Assembly: GCF_009914755.1 (NCBI RefSeq)
Contig: NC_060939.1
Strand: one strand, 5' to 3'
Origin: the human T2T-CHM13v2.0 reference genome, Homo sapiens
DNA length: 64,000 nucleotides
Position 1 is the first letter of the stretch; the number at the start of each line of letters is the position of its first letter. Below are positions 29,225-46,367 of this stretch, piece after piece. The position numbers and the translations under genes are program-made. Under the pieces are notes generated by a model that saw only the letters and a program-made list of their open reading frames with translations, ran no database searches and was not told where the DNA came from.

Positions 29225-29900
29225 CTCCTATTAAAATGGCTAATATTTCAAAAAGTTGACAATGCCAAGTGCTGACAAGGGTGCAGGGCAGCTAGTACTT
29301 TCATAAGCTGCAGGTGGAATGCAACATGGTGCAGCTACTTTAGAAAACAGTTTAGCAATTCCTTATAAAGTTAAACATACACTTACCAAGTAACCTGGCA
29401 AGCCCATCCCTACATATCCACCCAAGAGGAATGAAAACATATTCACACAAAGACCTGTATGTGAATGTTTATAGAGGTTTTATTCATAATTGCCAAAAAA
29501 AATGAGAACTTTGTCTGGAGAAAGGATTAAAAAAAACTGGTACATCTATACAATAATATACTATTTAGCAATAAAAAGGAGCACACTATTGATTCCTACT
29601 ACATGGATAAATATTAAATGCATATTGCCAAGTGAAAGAAGCCTGACCCAAATGGTTATATACTGTATGATGCCACTTATGTAACACCCTGAGAAGGCAA
29701 AATTGTCAGGACAGAAAACAAATATGTGGTTGCCAGGGCTTGGCAGGGAGGGGAGCAGCTGACTACAAAGCGGCAGCACAAGAATTTGTGGGTGACAGAA
29801 CTGCTATGTATCATGGTTCTGGTGGTAAAGTCATGATTCTACACATTTGTCCAAAATCACAGAATTATATACACAAAGAGTGAATATCATTAAAAAAAAA
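29225..29900 (+). mobile_element. L1M (MB/MC-type) 3' region
   Basis: GACAATGCCAAGTGCTGACAAGG...GAAAACAGTTTAGCAATTCCTTATAAAGTTAAACATA...ATACTGTATGATGCCACTTAT. Confidence 0.85.
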
Positions 29901-31926
29901 TCAACCAAGATGGGCGAGAGGACCCAGAACAATGAACCTAAATATAAATAAACTAGACTGCAGGTATGGGTCAAGGTCTCCAGGCTGCCCCCAGCAAAGG
30001 AGTCCCAAGAAGAAGGAAAGCTGCCATGACACGATTATGGGAACTTCATCAACACTGGCATCCAGTGACATGTGCAGACATCAGACACAGTGGTTGCCAA
30101 GATCAGAGGCAGTGAAGAAAATGGCTCTGCAGGCCTGACAGCAAGAGATAGCCCTAGACCAAACTACTACTACCTCCAAGCAAAGGATAACCTGTGGGTG
30201 CTGTGACCACAACCTGGGTCTTTTTAGTGATACTTGCACACCTGGCCCCAGTTAAAGAAAAGGATCTTTGGGTATTTTCATTACAGGATCTTTGGGTATT
30301 TTACAGAAAGTTCTTCCAACTATACCAGCCAAGTTGCCATTTCATCCATTCATTTAACCAACATTTGCTGAGCACCTATCAGGTACCCAGACCTGGGGCC
30401 TGGCCTAGTGAGAAAGACAGGAAAAAACAACCAGTAGTTTCCATGTTGCATTAAGTGCTATGACAGAAAGCAGAGCAGGCGACGCGGGGCTGGCGTGACT
30501 GGAGAGCACTGGGGAAGGACACATAGCCAAAGAGGGGAGGTGCAGCAAAGGACAAGGTACTCAAAGTTCAGGACACCTGCCATAGGCAGGTTCAAAAGCT
30601 TCAAAGTATAGGTTTAATGTCTATCTTCTCCAAGAAACAAACTCCAAGTTGTCTCCATTTCTCTAGCATCTAGCTCAGTGTCAGGCACATAGTAGGTCAG
30701 TATTTACTGAATACATATATGAAGGAATAAGTGAATGAATGAATAATCAGAAAATGATACAGGAGAACTTGGTCTTAAAGGGGAAGCAGGCAGTGGCCAG
30801 AGGAAAAGAGATTCCAGGGAGAGAGAGAAGTGTCTACAAAAGAACAAAGGTCAGAGAGCAGGAGTGAGGTGAGGTCAGTGAGTGGCAAGGACCTGGCCCT
30901 GAAGGGACTTGTGTGCCTTCCTAAAGAGATGGAATGGGGAACTTAGCAGGGCACTGACATTATTAGACAAAGGTACTGCTGGTGAAAATGGTGGTGAGGG
31001 AAAGGCAGGTGCACAGTTTGCATAGGAGGAGATTAGTTCAGGCCAGAGGCCGTGAGCCCACTTGGGAGATCCATGAATTGCAGCCTGGAGTTTGGGAGGC
31101 AGGCTGGTTGCAGTGCAGACACAGGAGCTCAGCCTGGCCCTGGGGCGGGGCAAAGAGCACACAAGCATTTCCACAGGAAGGGAGAGAAGAGTCACTAGGC
31201 AAGTCAGGAACTGAGAGACACAACCAGAGCCAAATTCAGAGCCCAAAGCCCACCCAGTCCTCCTCTTTTTTTTTTTTTTTTTTGCAGATGAGGGGACAGA
31301 GGCCCAGAAAGGGAAGTGACTTGTCTAGGTCATACAGGGAGTCAATACTGTGAGCCCAGTCTGCCAAACCCCCAACCCTTAGAGGCAAGTGTGTGTTTGG
31401 GTGGGGGAATGTGCGTGTGTGGTCCTCCCACCAGCTCCCTGACTACCTGGCCCCTCCATCCCCATGCCACAGGTGAGCTAAGCACCCTGGGAGCCTTCTG
31501 CTCCAGCCAGGGAGGTGCCCAGACACTTCCTCTTGTTCAGCCTGCATATGCAGCTGTGTTTCTATTTATGCTCGGGAGCCACAGGCTGCTAGAGAAGCTG
31601 GCACATACTCACTAGGGCATATCTGAACCAACCTCTCCAGCTGCCTCTGACAATGCAGGCACCATGAAAAATCTGCTTTTTACAAGAAATCCTTTTCACT
31701 TTAAATCTTTGAGTATTAAATGTAACTGGGAAACAATCAGTAACCTCTGAGTCATCTCTCACTAAATTCCTGAGGCAAAACTTTTAGATCACATGCTTTC
31801 AATGACTGATATTTTATCATATTGTAGAAATTTGGTCAATAAGATGGGCAAAATCTGGTTAACAAGTCAGTTAATCAAGACACTGATTAACTGGGTTTGT
31901 TTCCTTTCAAAAAAAAAACCTAAACA

Positions 31927-32232
<306 letters not shown>

Positions 32233-32569
32233 TCACTAGAAGACTTTTGACTTCAATCCCCAATTAGCTAGTAAAAGGCTGGGGGCCAGACTGTCTGAAA
32301 TGGCTCTGGGGCATGTGCTTTGACAGAAAAGCCCCAAAGGGCCTTTTCTGAAGACAGCTGAAACCCAAAGACAGAAACACACACAGGTTCTAAGACTGAG
32401 CACCACTAAAAGTACAACACAGCAAAATCAGCAGAAATCCAAAAAGCCTCTGCGTTTTTTATCTGGTATCTTTTAGCAAAGGACTAAATGGAGATTCGGC
32501 TCAGGCCTAATTAAATGTATAATCACAAACCAGCCTCTTTATCGCCCCAGTCCCAGGAAATTGGTTCAG

Positions 32570-32772
32570 ATCTGCCCTGTACCAACACAGTAGCCCTAGC
32601 CAGACGTGACTACTGAGCACATGAGAGATGGCCAGTGCCACATAAAATCTTTTGGATACACTGAATAAATACGATAGTATTAAAATTAATTTTACTGGTT
32701 TAATGTGGCTCATTGAAAATTTAAAAGTATATTATGTGGCTCACATCTTATCTTTACTGAACAGTGCTGGTC
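32570..32772. mobile_element. MER3/MER33-like hAT-Charlie DNA transposon fossil
   Basis: CTGTACCAACACAGTAGCCCTAGCCA...TAATGTGGCT...TATGTGGCTCACAT...ACAGTGCTG. Confidence 0.65.
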
Positions 32773-33490
32773 TACACTACAATGGCAAATATATTCCATT
32801 TTGAGAGCCAAGGTTGGTGGGAGTTCTGGCTTGGCAGGAAACAGTACCTCAGGATTATAACATAAGCCAAGGGCATGGGGTCCACGGGGGTGTGGGGCAG
32901 CCAACACCATTGCCCTTCTACAGCACTTTACAACTCAAGATAACTTCTCTCTTTAAACAGGCGCCTCCATATCTCCAACCACCCCATGGTCCATTAATGT
33001 CCAAGGAGAGGCCAACATTCTTTAGGAACCCAGGCATCTGCTGGTCTGGCCCCAGCTATAGTGCCTTTATTCAGTGCTCCAAAAGTGGGGCGAGTAGGAC
33101 CTTTGAGTGATCTGGCTGCACAGACAACGCCTTGCTAGGTCTATCACCAGGAGTTCCCTCCGCTGAGCCTCAGCTCAGCTGGTGACAATGAGCCAGTCAG
33201 CGCAGAAGCTAACGGCCAGGACCACACAGCATTCACCAAAGACACGCCCGCCGGAGGAGTGAGGACCGGGAAGGATCACCATCTGCCCCCCACCCCTCAG
33301 AATGACCAAAATGCTGTGGTCCCAAGTTCTGGAGAGCCAGACAGGCATTCCACTCATGCTAGAAGAAACAGTGACAAGGCAGAGCTCCACAGATCAGCAG
33401 AGAATTGGGAGCCGATGCCAGGCAAGCACCCAGCAAGAAGCCAGGTGCTGGTGTGTGCTGTCTGATGCCTTACCCAGGCCAGCTCCTGAG

Positions 33491-33707
33491 TCTCCCCTAA
33501 CACCCGTCTCTCCAGCTCCTTCCTCCTCACCCTTCAAGGTCCAATGCAAAGGCCACCTCTTCAGAGCAGGTTTCCCTGACCTGGGTGTGCATTTTGTCTC
33601 CCCTAACACCAGTCTCCTCAGCTCCTTCCTACTCACCCTTCAAGATCCAATGCAAAGGCCACCTCTTCAGAGCAGGTTTCCCTGATCTGGGTGTACATTT
33701 TGTCTCC
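33491..33707. repeat. Tandem duplication, 2 x 106 bp (L2-like sequence)
   Basis: TCTCCCCTAACACC...CATTTTG repeated at 33491 and 33597. Confidence 0.92.
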
Positions 33708-34921
33708 ATTCTCTGAATAGGGAGCTCAGAGAATCTTGTAGCCCAGGTAACCCTCCCATGGAGGTGAGGGCACTCCCTGTGTGTTCCTCACTAACCCAAG
33801 TTCCTTAAAGGCAGAGACCAGACCTGCTGGTCTCAATACGATCCAAGATGTCTTGCACAGTGTCCTGAATATAAACACTCAAATATCTGACTCATCCTCT
33901 CATGTTCAATTGTTGCTACTTCCTCAATACTGCTGAAATCCCAGGTCAAATATGGCACCAATCCCAATATGAGACCAAGCTGAACATCTTGGAAAGCCAT
34001 TGTAGTTGTCTCCTACATGGCTGCATGAACGTCCTGGGTGAGGGAGAGGGGCAGACAAGGATTGGGTGGGCACAATTCTACATGACAGCCATCTGCTGCC
34101 TTTGGGGGCCAAGACATGAGGCACCAGCTCGGAGAATAAAAGCAAGCCATCCACATTCTGCTTGAGGTGGGAATGCAGTCCTTGACAGCTGGCTGAGAAG
34201 TACCATGTGATGCCCCAGCTGCTCCCACAAGCTGCTGTCCCCAGGTCTCCAGTAGCTCAAAACCCAGAAGCCCACTCTTGTGTGAGACAGGCCCTGGCCA
34301 CCTGTTCCTCCTCTTGGGCCCCAGAGACTCCCCTCAGCCTCCCACCAGCTCTCAACTTGATGCTTAGACAAGTCCCACAATAAAGTTGTTTGATTACAAG
34401 TTAACTGATTTCAATACACGTATATTATGGGCCCACTCTCAGCAGGAAGTACATGATTGTGAGGACAGGGGCTGGAGTAGCAACCCAGCAGCATCTACAG
34501 GGAGTCGGGCCTCATCATCTCCACTAAACAACAAGTTTATCTAAGCTTTTATTCCCTTTAGTAAACAATGTCCACCTATCAAAATTTACCACATTTTAGA
34601 AGCTATACTAATGTTCGCATTCTTTGACCCACAATTCTATTCCTGGGAATGTAGCTAAAGTAGTCCAAAAGAGGAAAAAGGGACAACACCATGTACATAA
34701 AGTGTTCATTTGCTTAACAAATGTTTATTAAGAGCCTAACTTGGGCCAAGTCCAGTAGTTAGCACTAAGAATACAGAACTGGATGAGATCTGGTTAATTC
34801 CTACCTCTGAGATATTCACCGCAAGCAAACATTTTCCTTTATGCCAACAATAAACAGTGGGAAACAAGTTTATAATTACAATCAACATAAAATGCCTAGG
34901 TATCCAATTAAGAAATCCAGA

Positions 34922-36154
<1,233 letters not shown>

Positions 36155-37602
36155 TTATATATATATTATATATAATAGCATTAGGACAACTGGTCAAATA
36201 CCTGGAAAAAAAATAAGTGATGCCCTGGGTGAGAAACCTATCATCAGAGAAAATAATTTCAAATTCAATTCATGATTTAATAAACTAATGAATTTAATAA
36301 AAACCATTAAATGAATGAATTTAATAAATTTAATAAAAACCATTAAATTAGAAAAAAAAAGCCTGTATAATTAAAATTAAGTTCCTGTCTCTTTCTGCCT
36401 CTTACAACAACAGTTGTATAGATTTCCACCAAATTATAAAGGTATGGAAGGGATGACAGGACTTAAATCAAGCAATGTGGCACAGCAGAAATTCACATGG
36501 GAAGGTTTAGCTAAAACTGAAGTATAAACAGCAGCCACAAGACTCTATGCAGAAAATGAATGCCATGTGCACCATGATGCACTAGACGAGGAAAACAAAA
36601 CACTCTGTCAAGACCGAGCCCAAAACTGAAAGCTAGAAGGACAGACACTTCAAACTGTAAGCCCCGGAGCTGCTTCTCCCACGGGCAACCCTGCAAGCCG
36701 TCTCCAGGCAGCAGGGAGTCACTGATTATAAGAGGGCTGATTAGTCTCCCCAGCAGCACAAGAAACTGCTGTCCTAACATTTCTATTCTCTTGGAAGGTA
36801 AAGGGCTTTCTAAACCCACAAAGAAAGCAAAGCAAAGAAAATATGTGTCTAAAACACTACAAATAAATTAATAGACAATGACGAACTGAAAAAAGACCAA
36901 ACAACTTCAAAGTCACTAAGCATGGTGTAGAGTTTCACACCACTATAGCTTTGCAGGGCTCTTCACTCTTCCTGGACTGTGGGAAGTCCTGTTTGTCTGG
37001 TGAGATCCCATTAATCTTTAGTTTTAAAAAACAACAACATATTTTAGACTTATATTTCAAATAATAACAATCTACATCTGCTGAGGAGAATTTGGAAAAC
37101 ACAGGAAAGCAAAGAAGAAAATAAAATGAACATAGCTGCATCACCAGAAATGACCTCCATCAATACTTTGGTATTTCCAAACATCTTTCTACCCATAAAT
37201 GTATAGAAAATTCTCTACCCATATATTTTCTACCAATTTTCTAGCCAATTGGTAGAAAACCAATTTTCTTTATAAAACTGTATTAAAATTATATAGACTC
37301 TTCCATAATATATATTTGCATATTATATTAGACACCATCAATTAAAAAATTACTGTGTGCCAGACACTATGCTTTCGCTTTATACACACTGTCATTTAAC
37401 CCTCGTAACTAACTCTCCCCAAACAGTATCATCTGCTTGCCCATGGACCCTGGAGCCTAACTACCAAGGTTCAAATCCCAGCTCTGCTACTGGCTGGCTA
37501 TGTTAGGTATGTTACATAAATTGTCTGGGCCTCGGATTCCTTGCTGGTAAAATTGAAATAATAATAATAGGAACCTACTTCATGGTATTGAAAATTAATT
37601 AG

Positions 37603-37860
37603 TTAACATGTGTTAAGCTCAAAAGGGTGTTTGGCACAAAGTACTCATTAGGTATCAACTATCTATATTATCATGTTTACCGATAACCCACTTAACATGT
37701 GTTAAGCTCAGAAGAGTATTTGGCACAAAGTACTCGTGTATCAACTATCTATATTATCATGTTTACCCATGATAACCCACTTAACATCTGTTAAGCTCAG
37801 AAGAGTATTTGGCACAAAGTACTCATTGTGTATCAACTACCTATATTATCATGTTTACCC
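37603..37860. repeat. Tandem triplication, ~89-bp unit derived from a MIR 3' end
   Basis: TTAACAT(G/C)TGTTAAGCTCA...TATTATCATGTTTACC starts at 37603, 37692 and 37781; continuous with the MIR at ~37445-37670. Confidence 0.92.
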
Positions 37861-38400
37861 AAAATCTCATAGCCACTTGGCACAGTCAAAACTCAAACCT
37901 GAGTCTGCATTACTTGCTATCAAGGGGAAGGATGAGAGAGCATGTCCAAGACAAAATCAATCCTCTCAGCATTTTAGCAGAAATCACAAGTTCCTCTATG
38001 GTTTTTCTCAAATATTGAAATGCTGATGGCCTCAATCAATAGCAAAGTTCAAATAAAAGCCTCTAGGTTGGCTTCAGGGACAAATAAAACTATATCAGAT
38101 GCTGGTCCCCACATCAGTAGAGAAGGTCCTCTGGACATTAAATCTAGAGGGGTCAGCATAGTGTCACTGGGAGAGGGCATGACCATCAGTCTATGATGGC
38201 CAACATGGTTCCACTCTTAATCACAACTCTGCTCTAAGGGTGTTTCTCAAAAATAGACTGCTGTGAGCAATAACAACACCACACACAAGCAAATATGGAG
38301 AGGACAGAAACTTCTCCAGTCTGATATAATAGAATCGCCAGGTCTCCTATTCCTAAGGACTCCCTTGTCAGTCTCTCAGATTCATGCATCCTGACAGTCT

Positions 38401-38490
38401 CAGAGTCATCTACCCCTGGGCCTCTGGGTCTCCAGATTCATCTACCCCTGGGCCTCTGGGTCTCCAGATTCATCTACCCCTGGGCCTCTG
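38401..38490. repeat. Minisatellite, 32-bp unit x ~2.8
   Basis: CAGA(G/T)TCATCTACCCCTGGGCCTCTGGGTCTC at 38401, 38433 and 38465. Confidence 0.92.
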
Positions 38491-41089
38491 CAACAGCTTC
38501 CTAACTGGACTTGCTGTCTCAGTCTCTCCTCTCCAAACTCTCTTCTGACACCAAGCCAATGAAGTCATATATGTCGCATGCTTAAAACTCTCTCATGGCT
38601 TCCAAGTGTCAAGAAATCTGGCCCACACTGCCCCACACTCCACAGAACTATAACCTTTCTCCCACACAAAAGGCCCACAAAAGCCTTCACAATCTCTGCT
38701 CCTACTGCACTAACACCTCCCTAACAAATTCCCACTCACTCAAGACCCAGTTCAAACATCTCATCTGTAAGGCCAGCCAACATCCCTTATACAACCAAAC
38801 GATCATTCCTCCAACACGCTCTATGTGACGCACACCATCTCAATCACCCACTTAGGGTTATGAACTCTGGGTTCCTTCCCAAAGGGTCAGGTCCTACCAT
38901 GTTTATTAGCCAAAAGAACAACATAACCAACAATCACGAAGGAGCCACAGGAAGGAAAATATATATACAGAATAGGTCAAGTCTGCATACCTTCTAGAAA
39001 GCAATTTAAATTACATGGATAATTTTGGGTATCCATTTCTGAAAAGAATGCGATGGCTGCTCATAATGAAGGAATTTTTGTTTCTTAAACTCAAGGAAGA
39101 TATTTGGATCTCTAAGAAATGTCTAAAGTAATTTCTTCCATAAGCAATAAAAAGCACAAGAATATTGTAAGCAGCCTGGTAATACAAAACAAAATTCAAA
39201 TGGAAAACAGACTCTAACCCCGAATCTGATAAATAACTCTAGGTTCCAAATTTTTTCCTGAGTGTTTCAAAATCATGAGCCTGGAAACAATCTCAAGGGA
39301 TCTGGCCCAGCACCAATGGAAAAAAAAAAATGTATTTTTTTCCCCAGGAAGGTTTTGAAATCTTCTGTTTCAGCCCAGCAACAGAGACTAAGAAGGCAAA
39401 TACTGGATCTCCTGGCTCCTTGGAAAATGGAATACAAGGTCACAAACCTCCATTCCTCTACTGAACATAACAAATTCTCCTTTCGTATCTTTTAAAATTG
39501 CTATCTTAAAATTAGCATTCATATGTCTTACAAAATAATTGTATCTTATTAAAATAGTTCTAATCTAGCCCCTTTCAAAGGCTGAGCACACACCTAGAAC
39601 CCATAATCAATTTCCCGGAAGAGTCTGTGTTGAGGTGGGCAGTCATTCCCTGGGAAGATGCCACATTCATCATCCATTCTGGTAGGTGGTGGTCTGAGGA
39701 GTTCTGCCATCTCTAACACTCAAGCACCCCTTTTAAAAAGCAAACACCTTGAGAGAAAAGCCATTTCTTAAACCCATATTCAGCAAATACATTTTTAAGC
39801 AAATACCATTTAACAGAGATTAGCAACTAAGGGTAATGGACTAGAAGAATAGGGCCTACAACTAGAACAAAGAAGAGCAAATGTGAGTTCACTGGAAAGT
39901 GGGCAATGAAAACAACTGGGCTTGTGAGGGATCTGGCCACATCAAAGCCTCTCACAGCCCAGGCCACCCAGCTGGGCTGAGCCACAGATTTCATCAAGAC
40001 AAGGGCAAGGACAAGGCCACTCTCCGGACATGCTCGTCCCTACAGGAAATGTAGAAGCCTGTCAAAATACTTTCTGTTTCAGAGAGAAAGGGAGCACGAG
40101 GCCTCCAAGTGACCACAGGGCTACATTCCTATGGTTCCCTCTCAGCTCTGCCATTGCACAATGTGAGAGAGCCAAGGATGAGCTCAGGATAAATAACAAC
40201 TCCTGCAGCCACAGCCTGTAGCCTATTGGATGGTCTTGCTCCACCTCTGCCCACATTGGCTTCCACACACTATGCAATACCACATTATTCTGCTTGATGT
40301 TTTTCAACTAAAACTAGGGCAAAAGAATGACTGACTTAACATGAAGTTTTAGGAAACGGAGTTGGGACAGGTTCCCAGGCTCCACCCACCAGAGATTTGG
40401 GAGGCAGTGGAGCCAGGTACCAGGAACCCGCCTAGTCTTTCAGTGAATTTACAGGAATGTTTGGGAACCACGGTGATTTCTAACAGTGTTTTAAGGTGGA
40501 GTTGGTGTCTCAGGAGTATCAGATGGTCGTCCTATATCATTGTTACCCACTTCTCTCTGGTGAAAAGCTGAGGGATCTGAAAGTACTTACCAGCTCTTTG
40601 GTGGTGGTGATCATTGCAATTCACCCTCCCAGAAATACCGAAAGATGCCAAGTGAACACTGTTCCCTCCTGGAGCCTCCCTCTGAATGCTCAGGAAGGAA
40701 CCCTAGCACGTAGGGTCTGCCAGCCACCATGATCAGCAAAGGGGACAGAAACCTTGGGGCCAATGGAGAATTGGGCCAAAAGCCACTCCTCTGCAGCATA
40801 GAAACTCAGAATGCAAAGAAGATATGCAGCTATAAACCACAGAGAGTCAACCCGAGGATGGAGGGCTCACACTTCACTGGTCTTCACCCAAGCAGTTTAG
40901 TTATTTCTAGTCCACTTAGAAAGCCACCATCATACAGGGTCAGTCTTTTCTTCACAGCCAAAGAGAACATTCATCATCGGGAGGAGAGCAGTGTTTCACA
41001 GGGAAGCCACAGAGATCTGCAGCAGAAGGGCTGGGATGCTGGAAAGAAAGGCAGATTCCTGAGGCCCACTCTGGCCTGCCAACTAAAGC

Positions 41090-41178
41090 AGAATCTCCAG
41101 GGGACGAACCCCACAATCTGCATTTTAACAGAACCCAGGAGGAGTCTTTTCCACACAAAATTTAAGAACTGCGGTTCT
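41090..41178. mobile_element. MER5A-like fragment
   Basis: CAGAATCTCCAGGG...AATCTGCATTTTAACA...TTTAAGAACTGC. Confidence 0.6.
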
Positions 41179-42933
41179 GAGGGAGATATTTTCCTTTAAA
41201 AGACAGAAACAAAAAAAGTCTTATCAGCATGTTACCTCTACAACAGTATATACAAGAGAGCTGTGTAAACAGTATAAAAAGTGGTTCACTTCTAAGGCCA
41301 GAGGGTATGCCTTACAGAGCAGAATGAAAAGATACAGCCATCTGCCAACTGCCTGTTTTCCTTTGACGAACCAAAGAGAAAACCAAAGCCACCTCCAAAG
41401 AGAAGCCCTCTCAAAAGGGATGCACCAGGCCTCAATCTCTGCCAGGGAAACATCACTGATGCCTCCTATCAAGTCAACCCCCACTGGAAGTTTATAACCT
41501 ATGCTGTTAATTTCCAACCTCCATGTGACTAAACTTCTTAAATCTGTGCCCCAACACAAAATGGTTAAAGGTACAATTTGAGTCTCCATATACAACTACT
41601 AAAAAAAGAATAAGCCCAATTTTCTACTAATGGATTAAGACAGATATATAAAGCAAGTATCATCAAACTGCTGGGTTTAAAATGGTAAAATATCGTTCAT
41701 GTGTTTGGAGAAGGAGAAGGTTTCAGTGGTAGGGTAGCTAGCTGTGGGACTCAGTTTCCTCTCTGTATCACACATGGGAAGGGGGCTGATCTCTGAGGGC
41801 CTCTCCAGTTCTAACTTTGGGATAATGACCCTTGAGCAAAAATAATGAATGCCTTCCTCCAGCTCCCAGAGCCACCTATTGACAATGCCCTAATCACACC
41901 CAAAACAGACACAGAAGCTCCCTGAGGCCAGAGGCAAAGCTTGACTCCTGCTCAACAAAGTCTGTTTGGTGAATGGCCAGTTGGCTGCATCCATTTAGAA
42001 AGCTGGCCACCTTCTCTGCAAGCACAGCCTCTCCTGAACACCAGAGAGCTGGAGAGGAAAATGAATACTGGGCTTGCTGCCTAGAAATAATTCCTATAAT
42101 CCAAGATCAACATCTCTGATAACATTAGCCTGCCCACCTCCAGGCCACGGCCAGGCCTGCCATCTGACACTCAGCAACACAAGTCCCAGCCCAGGGGCAG
42201 TCTGCTCAAGGAAAGTCTGCTGGTACAGTAGCACTGGCCTAGGAAAGGGGCAGAAAGAAGAAGCACACAGGATCTCAGCTACCAAATCCCCACTTCTCAC
42301 ACTGGATTCTAGTTCTCCCAGGCAATCTCTGCAAAGGCTAAGAAAATGGCCAAGCATGCAAACTCATTAGAAGATGGTGATTCCCAGCTTACAGGGAACA
42401 CATGTTGCTGATCAAACAGGAACTAAGTCTTTGAGCAGCTACACAATTATACCAACATTTACTAACTCCCTTGTCCCATCTTCTTCAGGGAGCTTTCTTG
42501 ATAATCAGTTATACAGAACTCTCCAATTCTGCAGTGTTCACCAAAATTATTACACAAATCACAGATTTCTGGCCCTGGGCCATATCCAGATTAGTATTTT
42601 ACATATGGATGCCCCCTCCCCTTCCTTTACTATGGAGAAGTGCCAGACTTCTCAGAATCAAAAAACTTGCAGACATGTGATATTTATCTCAGTGCTGAAT
42701 ACTACAGACAAACATGGGCCTCTTCAATGTTTTTTTCAAAACTCTTACAATTCTTTGATTATATCAGATGCTAAGCTATTTTTAAAGTTAACACTACAGT
42801 TTCTTAAATCAATGGAAAATTTTCACTGCTGTATTTGCAGCAAGCAGCATAGTGCTTAGAATATGATAGATGCTCAAAAATATTTGCTGAGTAAATGGAC
42901 ACTACAAACGTCCATTTCACCATGAAATGAAAG

Positions 42934-42944
42934 CACACACACCA

Positions 42945-42986
<42 letters not shown>
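42934..42986. repeat. (CA)n microsatellite
   Basis: Direct reading. Confidence 0.95.
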
Positions 42987-42989
<3 letters not shown>

Positions 42990-44104
42990 GATATGAGGGC
43001 TTAAAGCATGCATTTAGCCAACAAGCATCTAACAGGTGCTGGGATCCTCTAAGTATGAAAGGCACAGTAGTGAAATACACTGACAAAATATCCTAGGAGG
43101 TGATGCTCTGGTAGGACACAACAGCAGACACTCAAAGACTAGACCAGGAGCAAAACCATCCTGAATCTGTAGCCGACTGAGGGCCTCCTGTGCTGGCTGG
43201 TGAGCTACTGCCTGCTGGACAATCACGAAAGCCACAGTCTCCCCAGGGATCCTCTCAGCTTCTTGCCCCTCACATGGCCTCACATATCTGAATGCCAAGA
43301 TGTTTACTGAACTGAGCACTCCAGGCAAAGTACTTCACAGAACACTAGTTACAAGCCACTAACTAGTCACCACTACCCAGTTTACCATTTCCACATTGCA
43401 TTCACTCTGTGAAAGCAAACAAAACCCAGCTGAGGGCTGGCCTGACAGGATATGGGTGAACACCCGATCACATGTCATTAAGATCCCACTACATAAATAC
43501 CAGAACCGAAAATTGCTAATGAAAATGCCTCTCCCTCTCCCAAACTGACAGTCACTTCTACAATGGTGGGGTCTTTTTCTTTCTTTAGAGGAAGGGGGTG
43601 TTACTGTTTGTATTTTGTTCTGACTGGAGGTGGGAAGTCTGCACCCCAGTGGCTCAAAGGTAAAAGCAACTGATCGAGGAGACTGGTCCACCCCCCTCAG
43701 ACGTGAGGTGGGAGCTGGTACATCTGAATACTCCTTCCATTTCTCAAGAAATCGTCATCTCCACAGAGGAAGGAAACTGGTAATGTGCATATGAGCAAAG
43801 CAAGTGCAGCAGGAGAGAAGTCAATGCCGGGGGCCATTAGGAATGCTTCAGGAAAGGAAGTCCACCAGGGCGGGCCGGCCCTAGCCACACACACACCTGC
43901 CAAAGCGAGCTTCACCCATCACAACACCCACCACTCAGAAACAAAATTAAGAAGCAACTGCTCAAGATAGGTTCAGCTTTGCATTTATCTACTTTTAAAT
44001 CTGTTTGCCAGTACATAACATATAAATACATCAACCCTTTGTACCCAACACGATAATCCTCTAACTTAGTTACATAAAAATACTAGGCATGACCAAACCA
44101 TCAG

Positions 44105-44555
44105 TGCCACAGTCCAAACGTGTGTCCCCGCAAAATTCACGTGTTGAGACCCAGTCCCCAAGATGATAGTACTAAGAGGGAAGCCTTGTGGGAAGTGATT
44201 TAAGTCATGAGGGCAGAGCCCTCTGGAATGAGATCAGGGTCCTTATGAAAGAGGCCAGAGTGGTAAAAGGAATTTGAGGAGAAAAATACATTTAGATAGA
44301 TAGATACATACATACATATATACAAACATACATAGATGGAGGCCCCAGAAGGAACTTGTCTGTCCCCTTCTGCTATGAGGACACCACTAGAAGGCACCAC
44401 CTCTAAAGCAGAGTGAGCCCTCACCAGACACCAAATCTGCTGGTGCCTTCATCTTGGGCTTCCCAGCCTCCAGAACTATGAGAAATAAATTTCTGTTGTT
44501 TATAAGCTACCCTGTCTACGGTATTTTTTCACAGCAGCACAAATGGCCTAAAACA
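44105..44555 (+). mobile_element. MLT1A-type LTR
   Basis: GTGTGTCCCC..AAAATTCA..TGTTGA start; CCAGCCTCCAGAACTATGAGAAATAAATTTCTGTTGTTTATAAGC end. Confidence 0.85.
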
Positions 44556-44599
44556 ATCTATCTGGGAGCAGAAGAAAGAAAACAAAAACCTATTTGTCA

Positions 44600-46045
<1,446 letters not shown>

Positions 46046-46367
46046 CTATAACAGTGTCCTTGGAGTCCTGACCATGGGCATGAAATATATGAGACCCGAA
46101 AATATGGAACTGACTGTAAGCTCTCTCCTCTGGGGAAGGGTGAGTCATAACCCCCTTTTGGATTCCTGATGTCTGTTAAATTCAGTGGGCATTCACTGAA
46201 TGGCTGCCACCTCCATGACATGAGGCAAGAATGGCATGTAATACACCTGTATATTTGGGAGTTCTGGCTGATCACTTCTAAAGGGTCAGGGCTCACACCA
46301 AAACCAGTGCTTACTGGGTGACCATTTTCTATTCATTCATGCAACAAATGTCTACCTGGGCACCTTA

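Noticed and set aside
30261-30305. Short direct repeat AGGATCTTTGGGTATTTT x2 (similar small repeats at ~36289-36350)
   Set aside because: Ordinary micro-duplications with no further supporting signal.
37603-38490. Repeated units that could be mistaken for a CRISPR-like array
   Set aside because: Simple tandem repeats without unique spacers, in a mammalian intron with no cas genes.
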